Shown: positions 1 to 9,899, counted from the stretch's first letter. The stretch is 24,000 bases of DNA from Micromonospora sp. WMMD961 (GCF_029626145.1 NZ_JARUBJ010000002.1:4712882-4736881); one strand, 5' to 3'. A program made the numbers and translations. The notes: a model not told the origin generated them from the sequence alone.

Positions 1-1207
<1,207 letters not shown>

Positions 1208-1232
1208 GCTTGCCTGCGCCGATCCAGGAAAC

Positions 1233-1262
1233 GCGCCGCTCGGGACCTGTCCCGGGCGGCGC
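1233..1262. terminator. GC-rich hairpin between the convergent esterase and GH53 genes (probable bidirectional terminator).
   Basis: gcgccgctcgggac / ct / gtcccgggcggcgc: 14-nt arms with one mismatch. It lies 26 nt after TAG 1207 and 11 nt before the GH53 stop at 1273. There is no U-tract, as is usual in actinomycetes. Confidence 0.6.
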
Positions 1263-1272
1263 GTCACTCGGG

Positions 1273-2400
1273 TCAGGGTGTCCAGCGCACGTTCGGGTTC
1301 ACCCGCCCGGACCAGTCGAAGACAGCCATGTTGTCCCACTGGTTTCCGGTGCCGTTGATGTTGGCCGGGTCCCAGCCGTTGCCGCGGACGGCGTACCAGG
1401 TCGGTTCCCAGTAGAAGACACCGATGGCCCCGGCGTTGCGGGCGGTGTTCTGGACCCAGTCGAACTCCTGGGCCTGGCCGGACCAGGTCGCGCTGATGCC
1501 GTCACAGGTCGCGTCGCCAATGGCGTTCGGCTCGCTGTCCGCGTTGTCGCGGGTGAAGGGGTACGCGGTCTCCGCGATCACCACCGGCTTACCGTAGCGG
1601 CCGCGCAGGTCCACGATGTTGTTGTAGAGGTTCGCCAGGGTGCCGTGCCACATGCAGTAGTACGACAGGGCCGTGATGTCCCACTGCACGCCCTGCGCGC
1701 GGATGCCGTCGTAGAACCAGCGGGCGTTGGCGTTGCTGTCGGCGTTGGCGGTGTGGATCATCACCGGGATGCCGCTGCCGCAGTCCTTGGTCGCCCGGTA
1801 GCCCTGCTTCAGCAGGCCGGCCAGCGGGGCGAAGTCGTTGTCGACGACCTTTCCCTCGTTCCACAGCATCCCGACGTTGATCTCGTTGCCGATCTGCACA
1901 CTGTCCGGCGGGGTGCCCTGTGCCCGCGGGCTGGAGCAGACGTCGTAGGTGAAGGTGTACACGTCGGCACGCAACTGGCTCAGGCTGTGGCCGATCCAGG
2001 CCGCCGGCTTGTACTGCTTGCCGGGGTCGGCCCAGGTGTCGGAGTAGTGGAAGTCGATGAGCACCTTGAGCCCCTTCGCCCTGGCCACCCTCGCCTGGGC
2101 CAACACCCTGCTCTTGTTGTTGTAGCCGCTGACCGGGTTGTTCCGCACCCGCAGGCGGACGTAGTTGACGCCGACGGACTTCAGGATGTCCAGTGGGTCG
2201 CGAGCGACACCGCCGGCGTCGTAGTACCTGGCACCCACATCCAGGCTGCGCTGCAACGAGGAGACGTCGGCGCCCCGCATGCTGAGCGTGTTCGCGGCGG
2301 AGACGGGCGCGGGCGTGGTGGGGACGGCGAGGATGCCGGCCAGGGCAGCCCCGAGCAGTGCCGTGGCGCGGCGACGGGGTGTGGGCGAGTGGGTGCTCAC
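1273..2400 (-). CDS. Arabinogalactan endo-beta-1,4-galactanase, GH53, secreted.
   Basis: GTG start with SD GGAAGGAG 4 nt upstream. RRR-containing signal peptide ending VSA. GH53 hallmarks are VNYVRLRVRNNP, DFHYSDTWADPGKQ, acid/base IGNEIN and nucleophile VVIAETAYP. The antisense ORF 1189..2502 is a shadow. Confidence 0.92.
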   Translation of the reverse strand: MSTHSPTPRRRATALLGAALAGILAVPTTPAPVSAANTLSMRGADVSSLQRSLDVGARYYDAGGVARDPLDILKSVGVNYVRLRVRNNPVSGYNNKSRVLAQARVARAKGLKVLIDFHYSDTWADPGKQYKPAAWIGHSLSQLRADVYTFTYDVCSSPRAQGTPPDSVQIGNEINVGMLWNEGKVVDNDFAPLAGLLKQGYRATKDCGSGIPVMIHTANADSNANARWFYDGIRAQGVQWDITALSYYCMWHGTLANLYNNIVDLRGRYGKPVVIAETAYPFTRDNADSEPNAIGDATCDGISATWSGQAQEFDWVQNTARNAGAIGVFYWEPTWYAVRGNGWDPANINGTGNQWDNMAVFDWSGRVNPNVRWTP

Positions 2401-2564
2401 GAGACTCCTTCCGGAGCGGGACGGGCGGCGCTCAGCCCACGGCGCAGGGAGCGCCGTTCAGCGAGAAGGCGGTCCTGTCATACCTCGACGATGCCGCCAT
2501 GACATCGATGATTGCCAACCTGTCTCACCACCCGGTCAGCGCGGCACGTCCACGAATGCCTCGT

Positions 2565-2942
2565 CTAGCAGTCCGGGACGGAGACGTGGGCGGTGACGAT
2601 CCGCCAGCCGACGGGCAGGCGTACCCAGGTCTGGGTCTGCCGCCCGGTGGCGGGGGTGCCGGCGTACCCGAATCGGGTCGTCACGACCGCCAGGTCCCGG
2701 CCGAAGGTGGTGATGACGGGGTCCACCAGCCGGCGACCGGCCGGCAGTGGTGGCTGCGCGGCCCGCCACTTGCGCTGCTCGTCCAGCCCGTACTGATGGT
2801 CGGCGAGGCCGAACCGCACGGTCCGCTCGGAATCCCAGAAGTAGCCGCAGATCCGGTCGGCATCGCCGTCGGCCAGAGCCCGCTCGTAGTCGGCGAAGGC
2901 CGCCGTCACCTCGGCGACCACGTCGGTCCGGTCGATGTCCAT
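2565..2942 (-). CDS. AtzH-like (DUF3225, NTF2/SnoaL-fold) protein.
   Basis: 125 aa with SD GGAGGA 9 nt upstream of the ATG. The pattern ..FADYERALADGDADRICGYFWDSERTVRFG..GRQTQTWVRLPVGWRIVTAHVS matches my memory of the AtzH/DUF3225 family consensus (GRQsQTWvr.p.GWrIvaAHVS). Last gene of the ureide operon. Confidence 0.8.
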   Translation of the reverse strand: MDIDRTDVVAEVTAAFADYERALADGDADRICGYFWDSERTVRFGLADHQYGLDEQRKWRAAQPPLPAGRRLVDPVITTFGRDLAVVTTRFGYAGTPATGRQTQTWVRLPVGWRIVTAHVSVPDC

Positions 2943-2983
2943 GCGGTTCGTTCCTCCGATCCGTCGGGTCCGGAACTGGTGGG

Positions 2984-3011
2984 CCGGGTCGGAGCTGGCG
3001 CCCCGACCCGG
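2984..3011 (-). terminator. Intra-operon hairpin between the permease and the AtzH-like gene (attenuator or partial terminator).
   Basis: ccgggtcgg / 10-nt loop / ccgacccgg, a perfect 9-bp stem in the 78-nt gap after the permease stop (3021). Its function is not established. Confidence 0.35.
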
Positions 3012-3020
3012 ACCGTTGGC

Positions 3021-4637
3021 TCAGCCGCTCAACGCCGACGTCCGCTGCTCACCGTCGGACCCGTCAGCGGCCGGGTCAGCCCGATCCTCGTCGTCCTCGC
3101 CAGGGTCGGGTTCACGGGGAGCGGGACGACCGAGCGCGAAGACCGCGCAGATCGCCGCGACGAAGAGGTAGCCGAGCGCCACCTGGCCGTTGGCGTTCCA
3201 CTCGATCCGCTCGCCGTGGATGAGCCCGATGAACGACAGCAGCGCGCCGGAGCCGGCGAAGATCGCGGCCCGGACGAACCGTTTGTCGATGATGAAGACC
3301 ACCACCGCGCCGAGCACCAGGCCGGCGAGGATCGCGCCCTGGCCGAGCACCAGCAGCCCGTCGTAGACGACGCCGGCGCCGTTGAGCGCCTCGTCGCCGA
3401 CCGCGGCGGCGGTCGTACCGGCCGCCGCCAAAGCGTTGTCGATCTGCCCTGTCGCCCAGGCCGCGATGTTCGGGATCAGTGCGGCGACCACGGCGGCGGC
3501 GTGCGCCCGGGGCGTTGCCTGGAACGCCTGCGCCCCGATCAGCAGTCCGATGTACAGCAGGATCGGCACGATGGCCGCCGTCGGGAAGATCGCGCCGAGC
3601 AGGCCGAACATGCCCAGGAAGCAGAGCACCGCGATCACCACGCCGGTCGCCATCGAGTACCCGCTGCGCCCGCCCGCGGCCTTCCAGCCCGGGTGCCCGA
3701 CGTAGACCGCCGGTGGGAACGGCGAGCCGAGAGCCGCGCCGACCACCGCGCCCGCGCCGTCGGCGAGCAACACGCTGCGCAGGTTGTAGTTGTCCCCCGC
3801 GGTGGCGGCGCTCTCCACGTTGGTCATGCCCTCGGTGAAGTTGTACACACCGAGCGGGATCGCCGTCGCCAACAGGGGCGCCATGTCGGCCAGCCCAGCG
3901 AGGAGCAGGTCGATCTTGAACGAGGGTACGGCGACGGCGATGTCCCGGGCCGCCGCCGTGACGTCCGGCACCGACATCGCTCCGCCGGCCCAGCCGATCG
4001 CGGTGCCGAGCAGCAACGCGGCGAGCCCGATCGGGAAGTTGAACGGCAGTTTCACGTCGGTGAGCAGGCCGATCAGCAGCAAGGCGAAGACGGGTAGGGC
4101 CACCCAGGCCAGCCGCCACATCTGCCCGGCCGGGTTCATCGAGATGAACGTGATCGAGATACCCGCGAGGGTGCCGAGCAGCGCGGCCCGGGGCGCGTAC
4201 CGGCGGATGTAGGGCCCCACGAACGCGCCGATCAACACGATCACGCCGATGATGAAGGCCCACGCCAGCCCGGCCTCCCAGGCCCGCACGGGGTCCTGGG
4301 TACGCAGGTAGATCGGGAGCATGATGACGAAGATGACGATGAACATGTGCGGCACGCTCGGCCCGTACGGCAGGGCCGTCACGTCGCTGCGGTTCTCCCG
4401 TCGGGCCAGCCGGCGGGCCAGATAGGTGTAGTAGATGTTCCCGGCGACCAGGGCGATGCCGAGCGCCGGCAGGATGGTGCCGAACACCTCCCCCTCGGGA
4501 AGGTTCACCACGGCGAGGCAGAGCCCGGTCAGGGTGAGCACGTTGACCAGGACGTTGACGCCGAAGCCGAAGAACGCGTTGGTGTCACCGCGTACCCAGT
4601 ACGGCAGGGGGGCGACGGAGGGTCTGATGGAGGCCAT
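3021..4637 (-). CDS. Polytopic membrane permease of the xanthine/uracil (NCS2/AzgA-related) superfamily.
   Basis: 538 aa with many hydrophobic helices and SD GGGAG 6 nt upstream. The segment VESAATAGDNYNLRSVLLADGAGAVVGAALGSPFPPAVYVGHPGWKAAGGRSGYSMATG resembles the AzgA-type ESAAG..GGRTG region. Acidic cytoplasmic tail. The start lies 12 nt after the upstream hydrolase stop. Confidence 0.8.
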   Translation of the reverse strand: MASIRPSVAPLPYWVRGDTNAFFGFGVNVLVNVLTLTGLCLAVVNLPEGEVFGTILPALGIALVAGNIYYTYLARRLARRENRSDVTALPYGPSVPHMFIVIFVIMLPIYLRTQDPVRAWEAGLAWAFIIGVIVLIGAFVGPYIRRYAPRAALLGTLAGISITFISMNPAGQMWRLAWVALPVFALLLIGLLTDVKLPFNFPIGLAALLLGTAIGWAGGAMSVPDVTAAARDIAVAVPSFKIDLLLAGLADMAPLLATAIPLGVYNFTEGMTNVESAATAGDNYNLRSVLLADGAGAVVGAALGSPFPPAVYVGHPGWKAAGGRSGYSMATGVVIAVLCFLGMFGLLGAIFPTAAIVPILLYIGLLIGAQAFQATPRAHAAAVVAALIPNIAAWATGQIDNALAAAGTTAAAVGDEALNGAGVVYDGLLVLGQGAILAGLVLGAVVVFIIDKRFVRAAIFAGSGALLSFIGLIHGERIEWNANGQVALGYLFVAAICAVFALGRPAPREPDPGEDDEDRADPAADGSDGEQRTSALSG

Positions 4638-4649
4638 GACTGCTCCCGG

Positions 4650-5342
4650 TCAGGAGGAGGGCTGCAACACGGGGGTGGTGGGCAGCGCGGCGCGTACCTG
4701 CGCCGAGTCGGCTACCCAGCCGAAGATGCCGCCCTGGGCGGCGATCATGTCGAGCCCGACCCGCTGGAACTCGGGGAAGTAGGACCCGACGCAGTCGGCG
4801 AGCACGAGACACTCGTACCCGCGGTCGTTGGCCTCCCGGACGGTCGTGTGCACGCACACTTCGGTGGTGACCCCGGTGACCAGGAGACTGCGCACGCCCC
4901 GCTCGGCGAGCAGGACGTCCAAGTTGGTGGCGTGGAAGGCTCCCTTGCCCGGCTTGTCGACGACCGGCTCGTCGGGCAGCGGTGTCAGCTCGTCGACGAT
5001 GTCGTGGCCGTACTCGCCGCGGATCAGGATCCGGCCGTTCGGCCCGGGGTCACCGATCCGTTTGCTGGGCGTACCGCGACTGAGCTTGGCCGGCGGGCAG
5101 TCGGACAGGTCGGGCAGGTGCCCCTCGCGGGTGTGCACGACAGTCAGGCCGGCGACGCGGGCGGCAGCCAGCAGCGCCGCGAGCGGAGCGATGGTACGGC
5201 GAAGCTGACCGACGTCGTTGCCCAGGCTCTCCCCGAACCCGCCGGGTTCCAGGAAATCGCGCTGCATGTCAATGACGAGCAACGCCGTGGTCGAGACGTC
5301 GAAGGTGTACGGGGTGGGCCGCGCGGCGGCGATGGTCAACAT
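4650..5342 (-). CDS. Isochorismatase-like cysteine hydrolase, BiuH/TrtA-type (paralog 2).
   Basis: The real start is the internal ATG ([12 protein letters not shown]..) at 5342. The track ORF 4650..6347 is an artefactual read-through across the upstream gene. Asp-Lys-Cys triad context: [44 protein letters not shown], plus [12 protein letters not shown]. It lies 8 nt after the stop of paralog 1, and the SD GAGGTG overlaps that stop. Confidence 0.88.
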   Translation of the reverse strand: MLTIAAARPTPYTFDVSTTALLVIDMQRDFLEPGGFGESLGNDVGQLRRTIAPLAALLAAARVAGLTVVHTREGHLPDLSDCPPAKLSRGTPSKRIGDPGPNGRILIRGEYGHDIVDELTPLPDEPVVDKPGKGAFHATNLDVLLAERGVRSLLVTGVTTEVCVHTTVREANDRGYECLVLADCVGSYFPEFQRVGLDMIAAQGGIFGWVADSAQVRAALPTTPVLQPSS

Positions 5343-5350
5343 GGGGCACC

Positions 5351-6040
5351 TCACGTGGTCGTGGCGGCGATGACGTCGTCGGAGGTGGTGACGCAGCCGA
5401 AGACACCGCCCTGCATGGTGACCATGTGCAGTGCCGCGTCGTGGTTGGCCTTGTCGGTGGCGCCGGTGCAGTCGGAGAGGATCAGGCACTCGTACCCCCG
5501 GTCGTTCGCCTCGCGCATCGTGGTGTGCACGCAGACGTCGGTGGTGATGCCGGTGAGGATCAGGTGGGTGATGCCCCGGGTACGAAGCACCAGGTCGAGG
5601 TTGGTGGCGTAGAACGCGCCCTTGCCCGGTTTGTCGATGACCACCTCGCCGGGCACCGGGGCGACCTCGGGCACGATCTCCCAACCCGGCTCGCCCCGGA
5701 TCAGGATCCGGCCGGCCGGGCCCGCGGAGCCGATCTCGGCGCCGATGCGCGCCGAGCGCCACCGCTTGTTCGCCGGCAGGTCGGACAACTCCGGGTCGTG
5801 CCCCTCGCGGGTGTGTACGACCAGCATCCCGAGCGATCGGGCGTGCTCCAACAGTCGGGCGGTGGCCGGCAGGCCGGCCCGGGTGAGGCCGATGTCGTAG
5901 CCCATCGCGTCGACGTAGCCGCCCGGTCCGCAGAAGTCGGTCTGCCAGTCGATGCAGAGCAGTGCGGTGTGCGCGGTGTCCACCGTGCCGTCGTACGGCC
6001 ACGGGTAGGGGTTGGCCGGTACCGGCCCGATGCTGCCCAT
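5351..6040 (-). CDS. Isochorismatase-like cysteine hydrolase, BiuH/TrtA-type (paralog 1).
   Basis: Start taken at [18 protein letters not shown] (ATG 6040) because AGGAGG lies 8 nt upstream. The track start at 6115 would overlap the allophanate hydrolase gene. Triad context: [44 protein letters not shown], plus [19 protein letters not shown]. Confidence 0.88.
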   Translation of the reverse strand: MGSIGPVPANPYPWPYDGTVDTAHTALLCIDWQTDFCGPGGYVDAMGYDIGLTRAGLPATARLLEHARSLGMLVVHTREGHDPELSDLPANKRWRSARIGAEIGSAGPAGRILIRGEPGWEIVPEVAPVPGEVVIDKPGKGAFYATNLDLVLRTRGITHLILTGITTDVCVHTTMREANDRGYECLILSDCTGATDKANHDAALHMVTMQGGVFGCVTTSDDVIAATTT

Positions 6041-6078
6041 CTTCTCGCCTCCTGTCGTTCTCGCTGGTGTCTGCCGCC

Positions 6079-7884
6079 CTACCTGCCGGCGGCGGCCTGA
6101 CGGTAGGCCCGCCACCCACCGGCGGCGCTGATGTCAACAGCCGGTGGGCCGGCGGCGTACGCCTCGCACAGGAAGCCGAGCACGTCCCGCCCGTCGTGCA
6201 GCCGGATCCAGCCGAGTGACAGCGGTGCCGGCACTCCGGCCAGCAACTCCCCGACGGCGGACGACGGCAGACGCCAGAGCTCGACGTCGATCGGCTGACC
6301 CTGCGGGTCGTCCGGGGCCACCCGGACGAGGCCGGGCAACCCCTCACCGTCCGGGGTCTCCATCCGGTAGAGCCGATACAGCGGCGCGGTCCGCGCCGCG
6401 CCGACGAGAGTGGCCCCGCGCCCGGTCAGCTCACCGTTGCGGGACTCACCGCTCAGATGCCGACCGACGACGGCGATCAGCGCCTGCGCCGCCGCCGGTG
6501 GCGCGTCGCCCGCCGCCACAGCCGGTGGCGGTTCACCGCCACCGCCGACGAGGGCGGCGGCGAGCCGGGCCAGAGTGAGGTCGCTGAACGCCGGGCCCAG
6601 CAGGGTCAGGCTCGCCGGTCGGCCGCCGTCGGTGAAACCGTTGGGTACGGTCACCGCAGCCAGGTCGAGCAGGTTGGCGAACTGGGTGTAGCGGCCGAGC
6701 ATGGCGTTGCGACCGATCGGATCCTCGGCGATCTCGTCGAGAGTGAACGTGGTGCCGACGGTGGGCACCACCAGCACGTCGATCTCGCGCCAGAGCCGGT
6801 CGACCCGGGCGCGCAGTTCGCGGAGCCGGTGCTGACCCCGGAAGGCGTCGATCGCGTCGTAGCGCCGCCCGGTCTCCAGCACGGTCCGGGTGACCGGGAG
6901 CACCGAGTCGGGGTGCGTCAGCAGGAAGTCGCCCAGCCCGACGAGCCGCTCGGCCACCCAGGGCCCCTGGTAGAGCAGATCTCCCGCCGCGAAGAAGTCG
7001 TCGAGCGGCACCGGCCGGGCGGTGGCGACCACAGTGCGCAGTCGTCGTACGCCGGCGTCGAACCTCTCGCCCTGTCCCACGTCGCCGAAGAACTCCAGAT
7101 CCGCGGCGCGAGGCACCCCGAGGCGCAGCGTTCCCGGTACGCCGCCGCTCGCTCCTTCGGCCGGCAGCGCGCGCCCCCACGGGTCGGCTTCCGACGTGCC
7201 CCGGGCGGCGTGCAGCACGTCGACGGCATCGCCGACGTCGGTGGCGAACACCGACACGCAGTCCAGCGAGCGGCAGGCCGGGACCACACCGGCGGTGCTG
7301 AGTAGTCCCCGGGTGGGCTTGAGGCCGACGATCCCGTTCAGCGCCGCCGGGACTCGACCGGAGCCGGCGGTGTCCGTACCCAGAGCGAAGCTGACCTGGC
7401 CCGAGGCCACCGCCACCGCCGAGCCGGAGCTGGACCCACCGGAGACGAGACCGCCGCCGAAGACGCTCTCGCAGCTGCCGTACGGCGAACGGGCGCCGGT
7501 CAGGCCGGTGGCGAACTGGTCGAGGTTGGTCTTGCCGACGAGCAGGGCACCGGCGTCGAGCAGTCGGCGTACCACCGGAGCGTCCTCGGCGGCGCGGTAC
7601 GCGAAGTCGGGGCAGCCGGCCGTGGTGATCATGCCGCCGACGTCGATGTTGTCCTTGACCGCGAAGGGGATCCCGTACAGCGGTAGGTCCGCGGGGTCGC
7701 TGTCGCGGGCCAGTGCGATGGCGCGGGCTCGGAGGTCGTCGGCCGCGACGGTGCTGATCCAGACCGGCCCGCCGTCCTGGCCGGCGAGCCCGGCCAGCAC
7801 ATGTTCGGCCTGGTCGACGGGGGTCGTCGCGCCGCTGAGATACGCCGACCGCAGCGCCGAGACGGAACCAACGGGCTCTGACAT
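6079..7884 (-). CDS. atzF: Allophanate hydrolase (amidase-signature domain plus allophanate-hydrolase C-terminal domain).
   Basis: Amidase signature [33 protein letters not shown] and FAVKDNIDV. The C-terminal domain is [74 protein letters not shown]. The start is uncertain. I prefer ATG 7884 ([22 protein letters not shown], the usual N-terminus for this family, possibly leaderless) over the track start at 7941. Confidence 0.9.
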   Translation of the reverse strand: MSEPVGSVSALRSAYLSGATTPVDQAEHVLAGLAGQDGGPVWISTVAADDLRARAIALARDSDPADLPLYGIPFAVKDNIDVGGMITTAGCPDFAYRAAEDAPVVRRLLDAGALLVGKTNLDQFATGLTGARSPYGSCESVFGGGLVSGGSSSGSAVAVASGQVSFALGTDTAGSGRVPAALNGIVGLKPTRGLLSTAGVVPACRSLDCVSVFATDVGDAVDVLHAARGTSEADPWGRALPAEGASGGVPGTLRLGVPRAADLEFFGDVGQGERFDAGVRRLRTVVATARPVPLDDFFAAGDLLYQGPWVAERLVGLGDFLLTHPDSVLPVTRTVLETGRRYDAIDAFRGQHRLRELRARVDRLWREIDVLVVPTVGTTFTLDEIAEDPIGRNAMLGRYTQFANLLDLAAVTVPNGFTDGGRPASLTLLGPAFSDLTLARLAAALVGGGGEPPPAVAAGDAPPAAAQALIAVVGRHLSGESRNGELTGRGATLVGAARTAPLYRLYRMETPDGEGLPGLVRVAPDDPQGQPIDVELWRLPSSAVGELLAGVPAPLSLGWIRLHDGRDVLGFLCEAYAAGPPAVDISAAGGWRAYRQAAAGR

Positions 7885-7933
7885 ACTGTCGATTGTCGAC
7901 AGTTCTGTTACGAACGACGGCGCGATTCGTAAC
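7885..7933 (-). promoter_or_regulatory. Two inverted repeats in the 77-nt gntR-atzF gap: candidate GntR operator(s) and/or the gntR terminator.
   Basis: IR1 at 7885-7903 is ACTGTCGA-ttg-TCGACAGT, with perfect 8-bp arms, and abuts the preferred start codon. IR2 at 7907-7933 is GTTACGAA-n11-TTCGTAAC, with perfect 8-bp arms. Both have the GT..AC character typical of FadR-subfamily GntR operators. Confidence 0.45.
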
Positions 7934-7961
7934 GAGCCCATGTCGAGCCCGCCCGTGGCGG

Positions 7962-8603
7962 CTACCCGAGGTACGAGCGCGCGCCGTGCGCGGAGAGCAC
8001 GGCCAGCACCTCCTCCGGGTCTCCCCCGGCGACGGCCTCGAACAGCCGCTGGTGCCGGTGGACGCCGTCCAGCGGCTGCGCCAACTCCGCCTCCCGGCGC
8101 AGGTTGATCGCCATGTAGAGCTGCAACTTCACCAGGATCGAGTCGTACACCGCGGACAGTTGCCGGTTGTCGGCGAGCGCCACCAGGGCGACGTGGAACG
8201 CGCGGTGCGATTCGGCCACCGTCATCCGATCGCCGAGCCCGACCGCCTCTCCCATCCGGTCCAGGGCCGCCCGCAGGCCGACCAGGTCGCTCTCCCGGCC
8301 GACCGGGATGCCCGCGCGCACCGCGAATCGCTCCAGCACGTCCCGCAGCTCGTACAGCTCCCGCACGTCCCGCTCGGAGAGCGTGGCGACGCGGACTCCC
8401 CGCCGTGGCACGTGCTCGACCAGCCCTCGCTGGGCCAGCAGCCGCAGCGCCTCGCGCAACGGCGCCCGGCTGATCCCCAACCGCCGGGTCAGCTGCTCCT
8501 CCACCAGGCGTTCACCCGGGTCACTCCTCCCACTGAGGATCTCCCGGGTGAGCCGGGTGACGGCGAGGTCCACCAGACTGACACTCTCCAGCTCACCATC
8601 CAT
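7962..8603 (-). CDS. GntR-family transcriptional regulator (FadR/FCD subfamily).
   Basis: Winged HTH LVEEQLTRRLGISRAPLREALRLLAQRGLVEHVPRRGVRVA followed by an all-helical FCD-type domain (HRAFHVALVALADN..HRHQRLFEAV). The start is uncertain: ATG 8603 (MDGELES), GTG 8627 or ATG 8792 are all possible. The track N-terminus (to 8843) is a low-complexity Ala/Pro/Arg extension. Confidence 0.8.
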   Translation of the reverse strand: MDGELESVSLVDLAVTRLTREILSGRSDPGERLVEEQLTRRLGISRAPLREALRLLAQRGLVEHVPRRGVRVATLSERDVRELYELRDVLERFAVRAGIPVGRESDLVGLRAALDRMGEAVGLGDRMTVAESHRAFHVALVALADNRQLSAVYDSILVKLQLYMAINLRREAELAQPLDGVHRHQRLFEAVAGGDPEEVLAVLSAHGARSYLG

Positions 8604-9059
8604 CGGCGATGCGGCCACGTCGTTCACCCCGCCGAGTCTGCCACCTGTCGCACGAGGCCTGGCGCGGGCGCGTCCCCTCGGCGGCGCCGGCGCGGCCGGT
8701 GTGGATGCCGAACGGCGGGGCGCTCCGACCGGACCAACACTGACGCTGGTCGATGTTGCCAGAACACCTTCAGACGTGCTGGAATGGCTCATATCGCCGC
8801 AGCGCGGGGGCAACCGCGCTGGGAACGGCACGCACGGGAGCATCGCAGTGCCGGCAGCGCGCCGTCTGGGCAGGCGCTCGCCACCCGCACCGCCGGGCCA
8901 TCTCCACGACGACGGGCGTCCTACTGGCAGGCGACCCCGCCCGTCGTCAGCACCCCCGGTACGTGCCCCGGCGGCCGACGCGCTCGATGTCCGACCCGCC
9001 GACTGCGTCCGATTCGGCCTGCCAGCGCATCAGAACCGGCGACGAGGTGAGAAGCAGTC

Positions 9060-9641
9060 ATGATTTCCCGACAGAGTTTCGCGGGGTGGTACCGACACCG
9101 TCTGGTGTGGGTGGCGGTGATCCTGTTGGCGACGTCGGCCGGCGCGGCCGTACTGGTCAACCGCTCCGACTCGAAGCCGGAGCCGGCCGATCTGCAGGCG
9201 CAGATCGTGGCCCGGATGCGTACGACGCTCGAACGGGTGGACCCGGGGCAGCACAACCACGCCGGGCACGACACCCAGCAGGTGGCCGCCGGGGAGGAGA
9301 AGCCGCCGGTGATCTGCGGCGTCCGCGTCTACGGCTACGAGCCGGCCGAGGTGACCACGCTCGCCGATGTGCAGACGGTCTACGGCTTCCACCTCTGCGG
9401 GATCGCCGAGCGGAAGCGCCCCTGGGACGTGGCCGTCAAGCTGGCCGGCCCGGTGATCATGGACATGTCCTCCGACCCTCCGGGCATCCAGGTGGTCGAG
9501 GCGACCGAGGACGTCAGGTTCATCGACCGGCTGCGGCAGATGTTCCCGGCCAAGTACGCGACGGTGGCGCAGGAGGAGGCGCTGACGGCCGCGGAGATGG
9601 CCGACCAGCGTCGCCGGTACGACGCGGCAGCCGGGCTCTGA
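9060..9641 (+). CDS. Hypothetical membrane-anchored or secreted protein, no family recognised.
   Basis: SD GAGGTGAG about 7 nt upstream of the ATG. One N-terminal TM/signal-anchor helix (LVWVAVILLATSAGAAVLV). The called frame has high GC3. The competing ORFs 8753..9691 (+) and 9030..9392 (-) look like frame shadows (Arg/Gly/Pro-rich). Confidence 0.65.
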   Translation: MISRQSFAGWYRHRLVWVAVILLATSAGAAVLVNRSDSKPEPADLQAQIVARMRTTLERVDPGQHNHAGHDTQQVAAGEEKPPVICGVRVYGYEPAEVTTLADVQTVYGFHLCGIAERKRPWDVAVKLAGPVIMDMSSDPPGIQVVEATEDVRFIDRLRQMFPAKYATVAQEEALTAAEMADQRRRYDAAAGL

Positions 9642-9837
9642 CCACGCCGCGCAGGGCGTCGCCCCCGCACACGACCGGCCGCCGGGTGTGAGGCCGCCAG
9701 GCCGCGAGCTGGCTCTCCGGGCGCTGCGGTGGATGCCGTCGCGGGCGACCCGTTAGGCGATACCGCAACCGCGGAGCGTCGTGCACAGACCCGTCACTGC
9801 TCCGACGATTACGGACAGCTCGATCCACATCCGCCTA

Positions 9838-9880
9838 TAGGTAGATCATGATTGATATTTACATCTATTGATGCAACAGT
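9838..9880 (+). promoter_or_regulatory. AT-rich island, the probable promoter region of the LPMO gene.
   Basis: tataggtagatcatgattgatatttacatctattgatgcaacagt is strikingly AT-rich for this genome and contains two ATTGAT repeats and TTGATA / TTTACA -35-like hexamers. I could not place a convincing -10 box. Confidence 0.3.
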
Positions 9881-9885
9881 GGCTT

Positions 9886-9899
9886 TGGGAGCGTTCCCA
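9886..9899. promoter_or_regulatory. CebR/CelR-type LacI-family operator (cellulase box).
   Basis: TGGGAGCGTTCCCA differs at one position from the canonical 14-bp palindrome TGGGAGCGCTCCCA found upstream of actinomycete cellulase genes. It sits 37 nt upstream of the LPMO start codon. Confidence 0.7.

Noticed and set aside
2358-4263. The long ORFs 2358..4097 (+, 579 aa) and 3112..4263 (-, 383 aa) across the permease locus.
   Set aside because: Their products are Arg/Gly/Asp/Pro-rich with no motifs. The 3021..4637 minus frame encodes a coherent multi-helix transporter with an SD and operon spacing.
5343-6347. N-terminal 335 aa of the 565-aa track ORF 4650..6347, which makes the second hydrolase look like a large fusion protein.
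   Set aside because: This part is an out-of-frame read-through of the upstream hydrolase and the end of atzF (Arg/Pro/Gly junk). An internal ATG at 5342, with an SD overlapping the upstream stop, gives a normal 230-aa isochorismatase-like protein.
6144-8107. Multiple ORFs (6144..6578, 6457..7305, 6533..7180, 7022..8107 and others) overlapping atzF.
   Set aside because: All are alternative-frame or antisense shadows with Arg/Pro/Ala-rich products. Only the 6079..7884 frame carries the amidase signature and the allophanate-hydrolase C-terminal motifs.
8604-8843. 80-codon N-terminal extension of the GntR ORF (MLPCVPFPARLPPRCGDMSHSS..APAPPRGRARARPRATGG).
   Set aside because: It is low-complexity Ala/Pro/Arg sequence, not part of the GntR fold, and the family-typical length is reached from ATG 8603 or GTG 8627. 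I kept it as an explicit start-site uncertainty rather than calling it coding.
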